This document shows, piece after piece, positions 53,179-63,590 of a DNA stretch of 64,000 bases. This DNA is from an uncultured Gemmatimonadaceae bacterium (GTDB lineage: Bacteria > Gemmatimonadota > Gemmatimonadetes > Gemmatimonadales > Gemmatimonadaceae). The notes beneath the pieces were generated by a model that worked only from the letters and a program-made list of their open reading frames with translations, made no database searches and was not told where the DNA came from. A program made the translations under genes and the position numbers. The stretch lies in the NCBI GenBank assembly GCA_963822945.1, contig CAWGJO010000039.1, positions 1 through 64,000 on the forward strand, written 5' to 3'. How positions within the stretch are numbered: position 1 is the first letter of the stretch; each line of letters begins with the position of its first letter.

Positions 53179-53777
53179 GGGGTCTCCTTGGCGTCCGGAC
53201 GCGCGCCGCCGGCGACCCCGAGGTCGCGCGCGTGCGCCAGCAGCCGTTCCTGCACCAGCCGTCGCCCGCGGAACAGCCGGGAGCGGATGGTGCCGATGGG
53301 CACGCCGAGCACCTCGGCGGCGGATTCGTACGACTGGTCCTGCACGTCGACCAGCACCAGCGTCGTCCGGAAGGGTTCGGGGAGTTCCTGCACGGCCCGG
53401 TCAATGGCCGGCCCGATGTCGGTGCGGGCGAACAGGTCGGTGTACCCCTCCTCCAGCGCCGCCACGTAGACCTCGCCCGCGCCGATCACGTCGCGCTCGA
53501 CGTCGTCGAGATCCACGGTAGGCCGTTCACGCTCCAGCGACCGCAGAAACGCATTGCGACAGATCGTGAACAGCCAGCGCCGGCAGTCGCTGCCTGGCGC
53601 ATAGGTGTGCCAGGAACGATACGCCCGCAGGTAGGTTTCCTGCACGACGTCGTCGGCGTCGCTCGGATCGCGCGTGAGCGAGAGCGCGAACCGGTAGACG
53701 TCGTCCATCCACGGCAACGCTTCGCGTTCGAACGCGGAATCGTCGGCGGAAGGCCCATTGGCAGAAGATGGCGGCAT
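53175..53777 (-). CDS. ECF sigma factor (SigR/SigH-like)
   Basis: FE.EALP.MD..YRFA..LT.....ADD.VQETYLRAY, WLFTI.RN, SYE..A..L..PIGT..SRL.RGR. Confidence 0.93.
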   Translation of the reverse strand: MPPSSANGPSADDSAFEREALPWMDDVYRFALSLTRDPSDADDVVQETYLRAYRSWHTYAPGSDCRRWLFTICRNAFLRSLERERPTVDLDDVERDVIGAGEVYVAALEEGYTDLFARTDIGPAIDRAVQELPEPFRTTLVLVDVQDQSYESAAEVLGVPIGTIRSRLFRGRRLVQERLLAHARDLGVAGGARPDAKETP

Positions 53778-53899
53778 AGAGGTTTGACGTGCCAAAGTAA
53801 CATCGCGAAGTTCGCCGCGACCAGCGCGGGGCGAATTCGGCGACGACCGGACCGCCTTTCCAGGATCCACCCGTACACACCCAGAACACGTCATACGCT

Positions 53900-56033
53900 G
53901 TGTTTCCCTCCGTTGTGAGACCAAGCCGTGGAGTGCTGCTCCGGTTCCTGTGCGTCTGGGCCGTGTTCGGGCCCGCCGCCGCCGAGGCGCAGCGGGCACG
54001 TCCCGATACCACGGCCCGCGACTCGACCGCGGCGGCGCGCCTGGCGCCGATCACCGTGTCCGGCGTCGCGCTCCGACGTGGCGCGAGACCGCGTGCCCAA
54101 CGCCACCACGGTGCTCGACCGGACGGCGATCACGCGTGGGCGCGCGACGATCGGACTCGACGAATCGCTGGCCCTCGTGCCGGGCGTGTACGTGGCCAAC
54201 CGCTACAACTTCTCGCTCGACGAGCGGATTTCGATTCGCGGGTTCGGCGCCCGTTCGGCGTTCGCGGTCCGGGGCATCACCGTGCTGCTGGACGGCATTC
54301 CTCAGACCCTGCCCGATGGGCAGGGACAGCTCACGAACCTCGAACTCGGCGAGACCGACCGCATCGAGGTGCTGCGGGGATCGGCGTCGGCGCTGTTCGG
54401 CAACGCCGCCGGTGGGGTGATCAGCATCTGGAGCGACCCCGTGCCACCGCGCCGCACCACGGAAGAACTCCGGCTCACGGGCGGAACCAGCGGCGACGGG
54501 CTGCAGCACACATGGAACAAGTGGCTCAGCACCACGCGGTGGCGGGTAGGCCGGGGGGTCGGGCAGATCACCGTGTCGCGGCTGGTATACGACGGCGAGC
54601 GGCAGCACAGCACGGCCGACCGGCGGACACTGAACGCCCGGCTGATACTGCCCACCGCCGGCGGCTGGACGACGAGCGGGGTGTTCGAGTTGGGCGACGA
54701 TCCGCGCGCCGACAATCCCGGCTCGCTCACCGCCGCCGAACTCGCCGCCAACCCCGACTCCGCCAGCGCCATCTATCAGACCACGCAGGCGGGCAAGTGG
54801 GTGCGCCAGGTCCAGGGCGGGCTCACGCTGCGCCGCGACTTCGCTGGAGGCGGCCAGGCATCGCTGACGGCATTCGCACTCGGGCGCGACCTGAAGAACC
54901 CGCTGACGTACGCGTACATCGATCTTGCCCGGCGAGCGTACGGCATTCGCGGGTCGATGAGCCGGCCGGCGGTGCTCGCGGGCGTGCCGCAGACGGTCAC
55001 GGCGGGACTCGATGCCCAGTGGCAACGGGACGACCGCGCCAACTTCGCCAACAACGGCGGAACCCCCGGCGCCGTGCCGTCGCTCGACCAACTGGAGCAC
55101 GTCTCGTCGGTGGGGCCGTTCGTGCAGACCGCGCTCGCCCTCACGCCCCGCCTCACCGCCACCCTGGGCGCGCGATACGATCGCATCCGGTTCCAGGTCC
55201 ACGACCGTCTGGTGACGCCAACGAACCCCGACGATTCCGGGAACCGCCTGATGCATGCGCTGAGCGGCTCCGCCGGGCTCGCGTGGCAGGCGGATCACGC
55301 GACGACGCTGTACGCGAATGTCGGCAGCTCGTTCGAGACGCCGACCACCACCGAACTGGCCAACCGGCCGGACACGGCGGGGGGCTTCAATCCGTCGCTC
55401 GCCCCGCAGACCGCCACGACGTACGAACTCGGCGTGCGCGGCCGCGCGGCCGGCCGTCTGACGTATTCGGTGGCCGTGTACGAGGCGGCGGTGCGCGGCG
55501 AGTTGATCGCTTTCGAGGAGCCGTCGTCGCCCGGGCGCAGCTTCTATCGCAACGCCGGCCGCTCGCGCCACCGGGGTGTGGAGGTGGGCGCAACCGCGGC
55601 ACTGGCCCCCGGCTATACGCTGTCCGCCAACTGGACGGTCTCCGATTTTCGCTACGCCAGCTATGCCGTGAGTGGCCGCTCGCTGAACGGGCGGCGCCTG
55701 CCCGGCGTTCCGCCGCAGTGGGTGGACCTCGTGCTTCACACGCGGCCCGGCGCCGGGGGCGCCTGGGCGGACGTCGAGCTGCAGCACGCATCGGGCTACC
55801 TGGTGGACGACACGCTCGCCACGCGCACCTCGCCCTGGACGACGCTCGGGGTGCGCATCGGGTGGCGGGGGGTGGCCGCCGGAACGCCACTGTCACCCTT
55901 CGTGGCCGTGAACAACCTGTTCGACCGCCGGTACGTGAGTTCCGTGGTCATCAACGCCACGCGTGGCCGGTACTACGAGCCGGCACCGGGACGGAACGTC
56001 TACGTTGGGCTGTCGCTCGCGGTGGGCTCCTGA
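53900..56033 (+). CDS. TonB-dependent receptor (YncD-like), with a frameshift near 54065-54075
   Basis: Signal and TonB-box region (LAPITVS) in ORF 53900. Plug and barrel (ISIRGFGARS.F.VRG..DGIP, IEVLRG.AS.LFGNA.GG, FETPT..EL, YYEPAPGRN) in ORF 53928..56033. Confidence 0.88.
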
Positions 56034-56149
56034 CCACTTCCGGCGGTCACTAGATTCCGCCCGTTCCGAGAGCCGCGTTCATAAGGATGGCGGCCTCCCG
56101 TTCCGGAACGGAGTTCGTCCGCCGTACCGTCGCACCCTGAAGACCCTCG

Positions 56150-57103
56150 ATGATCGCTCACCTGGCCGGGGACCATCCGCAGGCGCAACGCGGGCGACTC
56201 ATCGTCGCCTTCGCCGCCGTCTATCTGCTGTGGGGGTCCACCTTCCTGGCCATGCGGTTCGGGATCCAGACCATCCCGCCGCTGTTCATGGCCTCGATGC
56301 GACATCTGGTGGCGGGGACGGTGCTCATGGCGTGGTCGTGGCGCCGCATGAAGCGCCGGCCCACGGCAGCCGAGTGGCGCGACGCCGCGATCGTGGGCGT
56401 GCTGCTGCTCGGCGCCAACGGCACCGTCGCCTGGTCGGAGCAGTACGTCCCGTCGGGCACGGCGGCGTTGCTCGTGGCCACCGTGCCGTTGTGGATGGTG
56501 CTCATCGACTGGTGGCGGCCGCGCGGCATCCATCCCGGCCACGGCGTGTTGCTGGGCCTGGCGCTCGGATTCGCGGGGCTGGTAACGCTGGTCGGGCCCG
56601 GCGCGCTGATGGGCCACGGCGCGGTGAACCCGATCGGCGCCGCGGCGCTGCTGCTCGGGTCGCTGAGCTGGGCGGCGGGATCGATCGTCGCACAGCGCCA
56701 GCCCAAGTCGCCCGTGCCGTTGTTCGCCGTCGGCATGCAGATGGTGTGCGGCGGCTCGGCGCTGTTCGTGACGGCCACGCTCACCGGACAGACGGCCCGG
56801 TTCTCGCTGGCCCACGTGTCGCTCGCGTCGGCGCTCGGGTGGGGGTACCTGATCGTGTTCGGCTCGCTGCTCGGGTTCACGGCTTACGCGTATCTGCTGC
56901 GCACCACGACCGCGGCCAAGGTGGCGACGTACGCGTACGTGAACCCCGTGATCGCCGTGTTGCTGGGATGGGCGTTCGCGGGCGAGGCGGTCACGACGCG
57001 CACGATGGCGGCCGCGGCCGTGATCGTCGCCGGGGTGGCCATCATCACCATCACGCGCGCGGACGTGATTCCGACGGTGCCGGAGGAGGGCATCGGCGAC
57101 TGA
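56150..57103 (+). CDS. EamA/DMT transporter (YedA-like)
   Basis: VYLLWGSTFLA, about 10 TM helices, YL..FGS...FTAY, TYAYVNP.IAV.LG. Confidence 0.92.
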   Translation: MIAHLAGDHPQAQRGRLIVAFAAVYLLWGSTFLAMRFGIQTIPPLFMASMRHLVAGTVLMAWSWRRMKRRPTAAEWRDAAIVGVLLLGANGTVAWSEQYVPSGTAALLVATVPLWMVLIDWWRPRGIHPGHGVLLGLALGFAGLVTLVGPGALMGHGAVNPIGAAALLLGSLSWAAGSIVAQRQPKSPVPLFAVGMQMVCGGSALFVTATLTGQTARFSLAHVSLASALGWGYLIVFGSLLGFTAYAYLLRTTTAAKVATYAYVNPVIAVLLGWAFAGEAVTTRTMAAAAVIVAGVAIITITRADVIPTVPEEGIGD

Positions 57104-57200
57104 TCGGGCGGCCTCGCACCGCCGGGGCGTCCACGGATTACCGGGCGACGGTGCGCGGTGCATATTGCGCGGGTAGGCTCCCACCCATCAGGAGTGCCGA

Positions 57201-57995
57201 TTGCACCGCTGCCCCACCTTCCCGCCCCCCCCAATCGCTCGTCTCGCGGCCGTCGCGGCCGCCCTGTTGCTCGTTGCGCCGCACGCCGGCGCGCAGGTCG
57301 ATACCCGCTGGCCGCAGCATTCCATGGATCGTCCGCAGCCGCCGGTGGTGGATCCCGGCCCGTACGTGCGCGACGACTCGCGGCCCTCCGACGCCATCTC
57401 GCTGTTCGACGGACACGACCTCTCGCAGTGGCGGAGCGAGAAGGACGGCCCGGCTCCATGGATCGTGAAGGACGGCTACTTCGAGGTGAAGCCCGGGTCC
57501 GGGATGATCCACACGGCGCAGGGTTTCGGCGACGTGCAGTTGCACATCGAGTGGAGCGCGCCGACCCCGCCCACCGGCGAAGGCCAGGAACGCGGCAACA
57601 GCGGCGTATTCCTGCAGGGACTGTACGAGGTGCAGGTCCTCGACTCCTATCACAACGTCACCTACGCCGACGGCCACGCGGGCGCCGTATTCGGGCAGTA
57701 TCCGCCGCGCGTGAATCCCACGCGTCCACCCGGACAGTGGAACGTGTACGACATCGTGTTCCGCCGGCCGCGGTTCGACGCCCACGGCACCGTGACGTCG
57801 CCGGCCCGCATCACCGTGTTCTTCAACGGCGTGCTGGTGCAGGACGACGTCCCCCTGACGGGCCCCACCGCATATCAGCACCGCCCCCCGTACACCGTGA
57901 CGCCGGCCGAGCTGCCGCTCGGCCTGCAGGACCACAGCTATCCCGTTCGATTCCGCAACGTCTGGATTCGTAAACTCTCAGCGCAGGAGCGTTGA
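57201..57995 (+). CDS. DUF1080 (3-keto-disaccharide hydrolase/lyase) family secreted protein
   Basis: PSDA..LFDG.DL..W, FGD.QLH.EW, GNSGV, YEVQVLDS, W..YDI.F, LQDH..PV.FRN.W; start uncertain. Confidence 0.9.
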   Translation: MHRCPTFPPPPIARLAAVAAALLLVAPHAGAQVDTRWPQHSMDRPQPPVVDPGPYVRDDSRPSDAISLFDGHDLSQWRSEKDGPAPWIVKDGYFEVKPGSGMIHTAQGFGDVQLHIEWSAPTPPTGEGQERGNSGVFLQGLYEVQVLDSYHNVTYADGHAGAVFGQYPPRVNPTRPPGQWNVYDIVFRRPRFDAHGTVTSPARITVFFNGVLVQDDVPLTGPTAYQHRPPYTVTPAELPLGLQDHSYPVRFRNVWIRKLSAQER

Positions 57996-57997
57996 AG

Positions 57998-59693
57998 ATG
58001 CAGGTGAAGAAAGCGCGCACACAGTACGACGTCTGCGTCGTCGGCTCGGGTGCCGGCGGCGGAATGGCCGCGTACATGCTCACCAAGGCCGGCGCCAACG
58101 TCGTGCTGCTCGAAGCGGGACAGATGTGGGATCCCGTGAAGGACGGCGCGATGTTGAAGTGGCCGTACGATTCGCCGCGCCGCGGCGCGTCCACCAAGGA
58201 CCGTCCGTTCGGCGAATTCGACGGCTGCATCGGCGGGTGGGAGATCGACGGCGAGCCGTACACCCGGGCCAAAGGCACCGAGTTCTCGTGGTGGCGCGCC
58301 CGCATGCTCGGGGGGCGGACCAACCACTGGGGGCGCATCTCGCTGCGCTTCGGCCCCGACGACTTCCGCGGCAAGAGCATCGACGGGCTCGGCGACGACT
58401 GGCCCATCAGCTACGACGACGTCAAGCCGTACTACGACGAGGTGGACAAGCTGATCGGCGTGTTCGGAAGCAACGAGGGGCTGCGCAACGCCCCGGACGG
58501 CATCTTCATGCCGCCGCCGAAGATCCGGTGCAACGAGGTGCTGGTGAAGCAGGCCGCCGACAAACTCGACATCACCTGCATTCCGTCGCGGCTCTCGATC
58601 ATCACCAAGCCCCTGAACAACCGGCCGCCCTGCCACTACTGCGGGCAGTGCAACCGCGGCTGCATGACGGCGTCGAACTTCTCGTCCACCAACGTGCTCT
58701 TCCCGCCGGCGCTGGCCACCGGCAAGCTGACCCTGATCGCGAACGCCATGGCGCGCGAGGTCACGGTGGACGCCCAGGGGCGGGCGACGGGCGTCTCGTA
58801 CATCGACAAGCACACCCGCACCGACAAGCACGTGCGCGCCCGGGTGGTGGTGCTCGCCGCCAGCGCGCTCGAGACGGCGCGGCTGCTGCTCAACTCCAAG
58901 TCGGCCCACTTTCCCAACGGCCTCGCCAACGGCAGCGGCACCGTGGGCAAGTACATCACCGACACCACGGGGACCGACGTGGGCGGCTTCATTCCGCGCA
59001 TGACGGACCAGGTGCCGCACAACCACGACGGCGTGGGCGGCGCGCACATCTACATGCCGTGGTGGCTGGACAACAAGAAACTCGACTTCCCCCGCGGCTA
59101 CCACATCGAGGTGTGGGGCGGGCTGCACATGCCGTCGTACGGCTTCATGGGCGGCATCCAGCAGTATCCGCCGGGCGGCGGCTACGGGAAGTCGTTGAAG
59201 GCCGACTACCGCCGCTACTACGGCGCCACCGTCGGATTCTCCGGCCGCGGCGAGATGATCCCCAACGACGACACCTACTGCGAGATCGATCCCGACCGTC
59301 GTGGACCAGTACGGCATCCCCGTCCTGCGCTTCCACTGGAAGTGGTCGGACCACGAGTACAACCAGTCGAAGCACATGCAGGAAACCTTCCGCGCCATCA
59401 TCGAACAGATGGGCGGCACCGTCAGCTCGCCGATGCCCACCCGCGAGGAGGGCTACGGCCTCGCGACGGGCGGCACGATCATCCACGAACTCGGCGGCTC
59501 CCGCATGGGCAGCGACCCCAACACGTCCGTGGTGAACGCGCACTGCCAGACCCACGAGGTGAAGAACCTGTTCGTCGCCGACGGCGGGCCCTTCGTCTCG
59601 CAGGCCGACAAGAATCCCACCTGGACCATTCTCGCGCTGGCCATGCGGACCAGCGACTACATCGCGCAGCAGCGCAAGCAGGGGGCGCTATGA
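57998..59693 (+). CDS. GMC family flavoprotein (glycoside 3-dehydrogenase large subunit-like), with a frameshift near 59291
   Basis: GSGAGG, GGRTNHWG, CHYCGQC.RGC Fe-S motif. The C-terminus (IHELGG.RMG, NLFVADG, KNPTWTI.ALA) is in ORF 59301..59693. Confidence 0.88.
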
Positions 59694-60400
59694 GCACGCA
59701 GGACGAACGAGACGACCTCGCGGCGGTTCCCGGGGTCGACGAATCGCAGCCCACGGACCGGCAGCCGGGCAGCGGCGTCACCCGGCGGGAGGCGCTCGGC
59801 TACCTGGCGGCCCTCCCATTGGCGGGCGCCATCGAGTTCACCCCACCCGCCTTCCAGCGCGCCTTGCAGGCCGCGGAGCGCGTGCAGGCGGGCGAGGCAC
59901 CGGCGGCGCCCAAGTTCTTCACGGCGCACGAATGGCGCACCGTACGGATGCTCGTGGATTACGTCATTCCGCGCGACGCGAAGTCGGGGAGCGCCACCGA
60001 CGCCGGCGTCCCCGAGTTCATGGACTTCATCATGCGCGACAAGCCGAACAACCAGCTCTGGATGCGCGGCGGACTCGCCTGGCTCGACCTCGAATGCGAG
60101 CGGCGGTTCGGCACCACGTTCCTCGGTGCCAGCGGCGCACAGCGCAAGCAGGTGCTCGACGACATCGCGTATCCGGAGAAGGCGGCCGATGCCATGCGCC
60201 CCGGCGTGGCGTTCTTCAATCGGTTCCGCGACCTCACCTCGTCGGGGTTCTGGACGACGAAGATCGGTATCGCCGACCTGCAATACATGGGCAACCGGGT
60301 GATGCCATGGTGGCACGGCTGCCCCGACGCGGCCCTCACCAAGCTCGGCGTGAATTACGGCGAGGTCTACGACGCGAAGGGCAACTTCCGCACCAAGTAG
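59690..60400 (+). CDS. Gluconate 2-dehydrogenase subunit 3 family (Tat-signal small subunit)
   Basis: ATGA overlap; TRREAL Tat-like motif; FFT..E....L.D..IP....SA..AGVP.F.D, GFWT..IG..DL.Y.GN. Confidence 0.88.
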   Translation: MSTQDERDDLAAVPGVDESQPTDRQPGSGVTRREALGYLAALPLAGAIEFTPPAFQRALQAAERVQAGEAPAAPKFFTAHEWRTVRMLVDYVIPRDAKSGSATDAGVPEFMDFIMRDKPNNQLWMRGGLAWLDLECERRFGTTFLGASGAQRKQVLDDIAYPEKAADAMRPGVAFFNRFRDLTSSGFWTTKIGIADLQYMGNRVMPWWHGCPDAALTKLGVNYGEVYDAKGNFRTK

Positions 60401-60438
60401 CCGCCGCACCCGCTCACCCTCTCACCCTCGCACTCGTC

Positions 60439-61686
60439 ATGGCTCAGCCAGCCCTTCGCATCGGATTCGTCGGAAGCGGGTTCAACGCCCGCTTCCACAT
60501 GCAGGCCTTCACCGCGGTGCGCGACGCCGAAGTCCGGGGCGTATGGAGCCCCGACGCCAAGCGCGCCGGGAGCGGCGGCCGCGTACGCGCGATCGCTCGA
60601 CATCGGCGAGGCGAAGCCGTACCGCTCGATCGCGCGCGATGGTGGCCGATCCCGAAATCGACGCCCTCTGGCTGTGCGGCCCCAACCACGCCCGCATCGA
60701 GAACGTCGAGGAGATCGTCGAGCACGATCGAGCGCGGGCGCGCGGAACGCTGCGGGGGCTCGCCTGCGAGAAGCCGCTGGCCCGCAACGTGGCCGAAGCG
60801 AAGCAGGTGCACGCGCTCGTGAAGCGCGTGCGGCTCAACACCGGATATCTGGAGAACCAGTTGTTCGCGCCGCAGGTGGAGCACGGGCGGCATCTGATCT
60901 GGGCCCGCGGCGCCGCGCTCACCGGGCGCCCGTATCTGGCCCGCGCCGCCGAGGAGCACAGCGGGCCGCACATGCCCTGGTTCTGGCAGGGCAAGCTGCA
61001 GGGCGGCGGCGTGCTCAACGACATGATGTGCCATTCGGTGGAAGTCGTCCGCCACCTGCTCACCCGCCCGGGCGAGCCGCGCAACTCGCTCCGGCCCGAC
61101 GCGCGTCACCGGGCACATCGCGAGCCTCAAGTGGTCGCGCCCGGAATACGCGCGCAAGCTCAAGAAGATGATGGGCAACGCCGTCGACTATGCCCGCCAT
61201 CCCGCCGAGGATTTCGCCAGCGTCGTCGTCGAGTTCCGCACGCGGGAGGGGCTCACGGTGATCGGCGAAGCCACCACGTCGTGGAGCTACGTCGGCGCCG
61301 GACTCCGGCTCTCGGCCGAACTCCTCGGCCCCGAATACTCGATGTCGTGGAACACGCTCGACAGCGGGCTCAAACTGTTCTTCAGCCGCGAGGTGAAGGG
61401 CAAGGTGGGCGAGGACCTCGTGGAGAAGCAGAACGCCGAGATGGGGCTCATGCCCGTGGTGGCCAACGAGGCCAACGCGTACGGCTACGAGGCCGAAGAC
61501 CGGCACATGGTCCGCTGCTTCCGGCAGGGGAAGAAGCCGTCGCTCACCTTCGCCGACGGCGTGGAGACGGTGAAGATGCTGATGACGGCGTATCAGAGCG
61601 CCGAGCAGGGACGGACGCTCCCCTTCCCGGCGCGCGGGCTCGACAAGTTCGTGCCGAAGGTGGCGAAGGGGACGTGGAAGCCGTGA
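60439..61686 (+). CDS. Gfo/Idh/MocA NAD-dependent oxidoreductase with about 5 small indels
   Basis: RIGFVGSGF, CEKPLA and GGGVL.DM.CH motifs are spread over several frames; breaks near 60568, 60634, 60720, 60741 and 61098. Confidence 0.8.
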
Positions 61687-61704
61687 AACGGCGGAACTGA
61701 ACAC

Positions 61705-61809
61705 GGAAGGCGGTGAGCCGGCAGCTGACAGCTATGAGCCCACCGCCACTCCCCGTCGACGGCCCCGTGCCCCGTGCCCCGTGCCCCGTGCCCCGACGGC
61801 CGAACGGCG
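61705..61809. repeat. Heptamer-periodic intergenic tract including (TGCCCCG)4
   Basis: ggaaggc ggtgagc cggcagc tgacagc tatgagc ccaccgc cactccc cgtcgac ggccccg (tgccccg)4 acggccg aacggcg. Confidence 0.75.
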
Positions 61810-61892
61810 AGATCGTGGCATCTCATGGCGGCGCTTCGGCCGCGATCCGTCACGGCGTCGTTGCGGGAAGCTGACCGCTGGCTACTCGCCGC

Positions 61893-62564
61893 TCATGGCC
61901 TGCCGTTTGCCGTTCCCGCCGTTTCCCTGTGCCGATCCACCCAATACCCCCACGGCACGAACAACCAGAGTCCCAGCGCGCCGTAGGCGATGATCCGCGG
62001 ATCGGGCGGCGGCGGGGCGGCGAGCCCGCTCAGTAGCATGGCCCCGAGCAGAACGAGCATCGCCCACAGCCCCCAGCTCCCGATGCGATCGCGTGCGCGC
62101 GTGGTGCGCACGTAGACCACGGCGCCGAGAACCAGCAATCCGAACTCGACGATCAGGGTGCCGGCGATCGAATTCCAGAGGCCCAGGCCGACCTTCACCG
62201 GTGATCCGGGCCAGAGCGGCAGATCCGGGCGGTGCACCACGAGGTCGAGCACCCAGTGACTCACCACGAGGGCACCGACCACCCACGCACCGCGCACGTA
62301 CCGCCGGGCCGCGAAGTAGACCCCGCCGAGCACCAGCCCCCACACCACCAGCATCAGCAGGCTGTGCGAGTACGGGTACGAGACGAAATCGAGCGAGTTG
62401 GCCGCCATCAGGCCCGGCGCCACGCGAACGCGCTCCACGCCGAGGAGCAGCAGCGCCGGCCACAGCAGGTCGGCCCACTGCGCGGCGAGGATGAGAGTGC
62501 CCAACGAGGTACGCGGTGCCACGCGCTTGGCCGCCAGCGCGACCCCATAGTGTCCGAGTATCAT
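61893..62564 (-). CDS. Membrane-bound metal-dependent hydrolase (YdjM-like)
   Basis: GHYG, DLLWP, YPYSHSL, SHWVLD.VVH..DL motifs; multiple TM helices. Confidence 0.8.
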   Translation of the reverse strand: MILGHYGVALAAKRVAPRTSLGTLILAAQWADLLWPALLLLGVERVRVAPGLMAANSLDFVSYPYSHSLLMLVVWGLVLGGVYFAARRYVRGAWVVGALVVSHWVLDLVVHRPDLPLWPGSPVKVGLGLWNSIAGTLIVEFGLLVLGAVVYVRTTRARDRIGSWGLWAMLVLLGAMLLSGLAAPPPPDPRIIAYGALGLWLFVPWGYWVDRHRETAGTANGRP

Positions 62565-63544
62565 CAGCCGATCCCCAACAACGCCGCTGCATTCCCTCCC
62601 ATGATGGCCGCGCGCTCGGCGTCGGTGACGGGCAGGGCGCGCAGGCTCTCGATCATCTTCGGGATGCTCCCGATCTGGTGCGGGTAGTCGCTGCCCGCGA
62701 GCAGGTGGTCGGGGCCCGCGAAGGCGAGGGCCAGCTTCATCGCGTCGACGTTGAAATTCACGGTGTCGTAGTAGAACCGCCGCAGATAGTCGCTGGGCGG
62801 ACGGTCGATGTTGACCCTGCATTCTTGAAACGCGAAGTAGCCGCGGTCAAGCCGTTCGGCCAGATACGGGATGGCGCCGCCCATGTGCGTCAGCACCCAC
62901 CGGATGTTCGGGAAGCGCGCCGCCACGCCGCTGAACACGAGCTTGGCGGCCGCCAGCGTGGTGTCGAAGGTGAAGCCGAGGAGCGGCATCAACCAGTACT
63001 CGGTCATCGATTCCACGCCCACGGGATCGGTGGGGTGGATGTAGAGCACGGCGTTCAGCCGGTTCGCTTCCTCGTACAGGGGCCAGTAGCGCGCGTCGGC
63101 GAGGGCCGTGCCGTTCACGTTGCTGAACAGCATCGCGCCGGGCAGGTGCAGCTCGGTCATCGCGCGGCGCAATTCCGCCACCGATGCCGCCGGGTCGTTG
63201 AGCGGCAGGGTCGCCAGCGCCGTGAAGTGGGAGCCGCGCTCGGCGATCACGCGCGCGAAGGCGTCGTTCACCAGCCGCGCGAACTTCACCGCCGTCGCCG
63301 GCTGCTCCACGTGCGTGCCCGGCGTGGTGAGCGTGATCACCTGTTTGCTCACCCCTTCGGCGTCGAGCACCTGCTGCCGGTACGCGATGTCGCGATGGCC
63401 GCGCACCGCCACGTTGTAGTCGCCCGGATAGTGGATGCAGGGATTGCCGTCGGCGTCATCGGTCACCCGCACGGCGCTGTCGCCGCCGCGGAGGGCGTCG
63501 ATGTACTCGGGCGGATAGAAGTGGTTGTGAAAGTCGATGATCAT
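62564..63544 (-). CDS. Amidohydrolase_2 family protein (ACMSD-like decarboxylase/hydratase)
   Basis: IDFHNH, ATLPL.DP, YIHP, HMGG.IP...ER, YYDT, GSDYPH. Confidence 0.9.
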   Translation of the reverse strand: MIIDFHNHFYPPEYIDALRGGDSAVRVTDDADGNPCIHYPGDYNVAVRGHRDIAYRQQVLDAEGVSKQVITLTTPGTHVEQPATAVKFARLVNDAFARVIAERGSHFTALATLPLNDPAASVAELRRAMTELHLPGAMLFSNVNGTALADARYWPLYEEANRLNAVLYIHPTDPVGVESMTEYWLMPLLGFTFDTTLAAAKLVFSGVAARFPNIRWVLTHMGGAIPYLAERLDRGYFAFQECRVNIDRPPSDYLRRFYYDTVNFNVDAMKLALAFAGPDHLLAGSDYPHQIGSIPKMIESLRALPVTDAERAAIMGGNAAALLGIG

Positions 63545-63590
63545 GGGCGTGACCAGCGCCTCGAGGCGCGGAAACCGCGTGCCGCGGGGA

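Noticed and set aside
53778..53820. ECF autoregulatory promoter GAACTT...CGTCAAA (similar AAC...CGTA pairs near 25110-25140 and 40862-40890)
   Set aside because: Spacings are inconsistent (14-20 nt), so they cannot be supported without motif statistics.
57992..60400. 802-aa apparent fusion of GMC oxidoreductase and gluconate-DH subunit 3
   Set aside because: Artefact of a +1 indel near 59291. The true GMC C-terminus is in ORF 59301..59693 and the small subunit has its own ATG at 59690.
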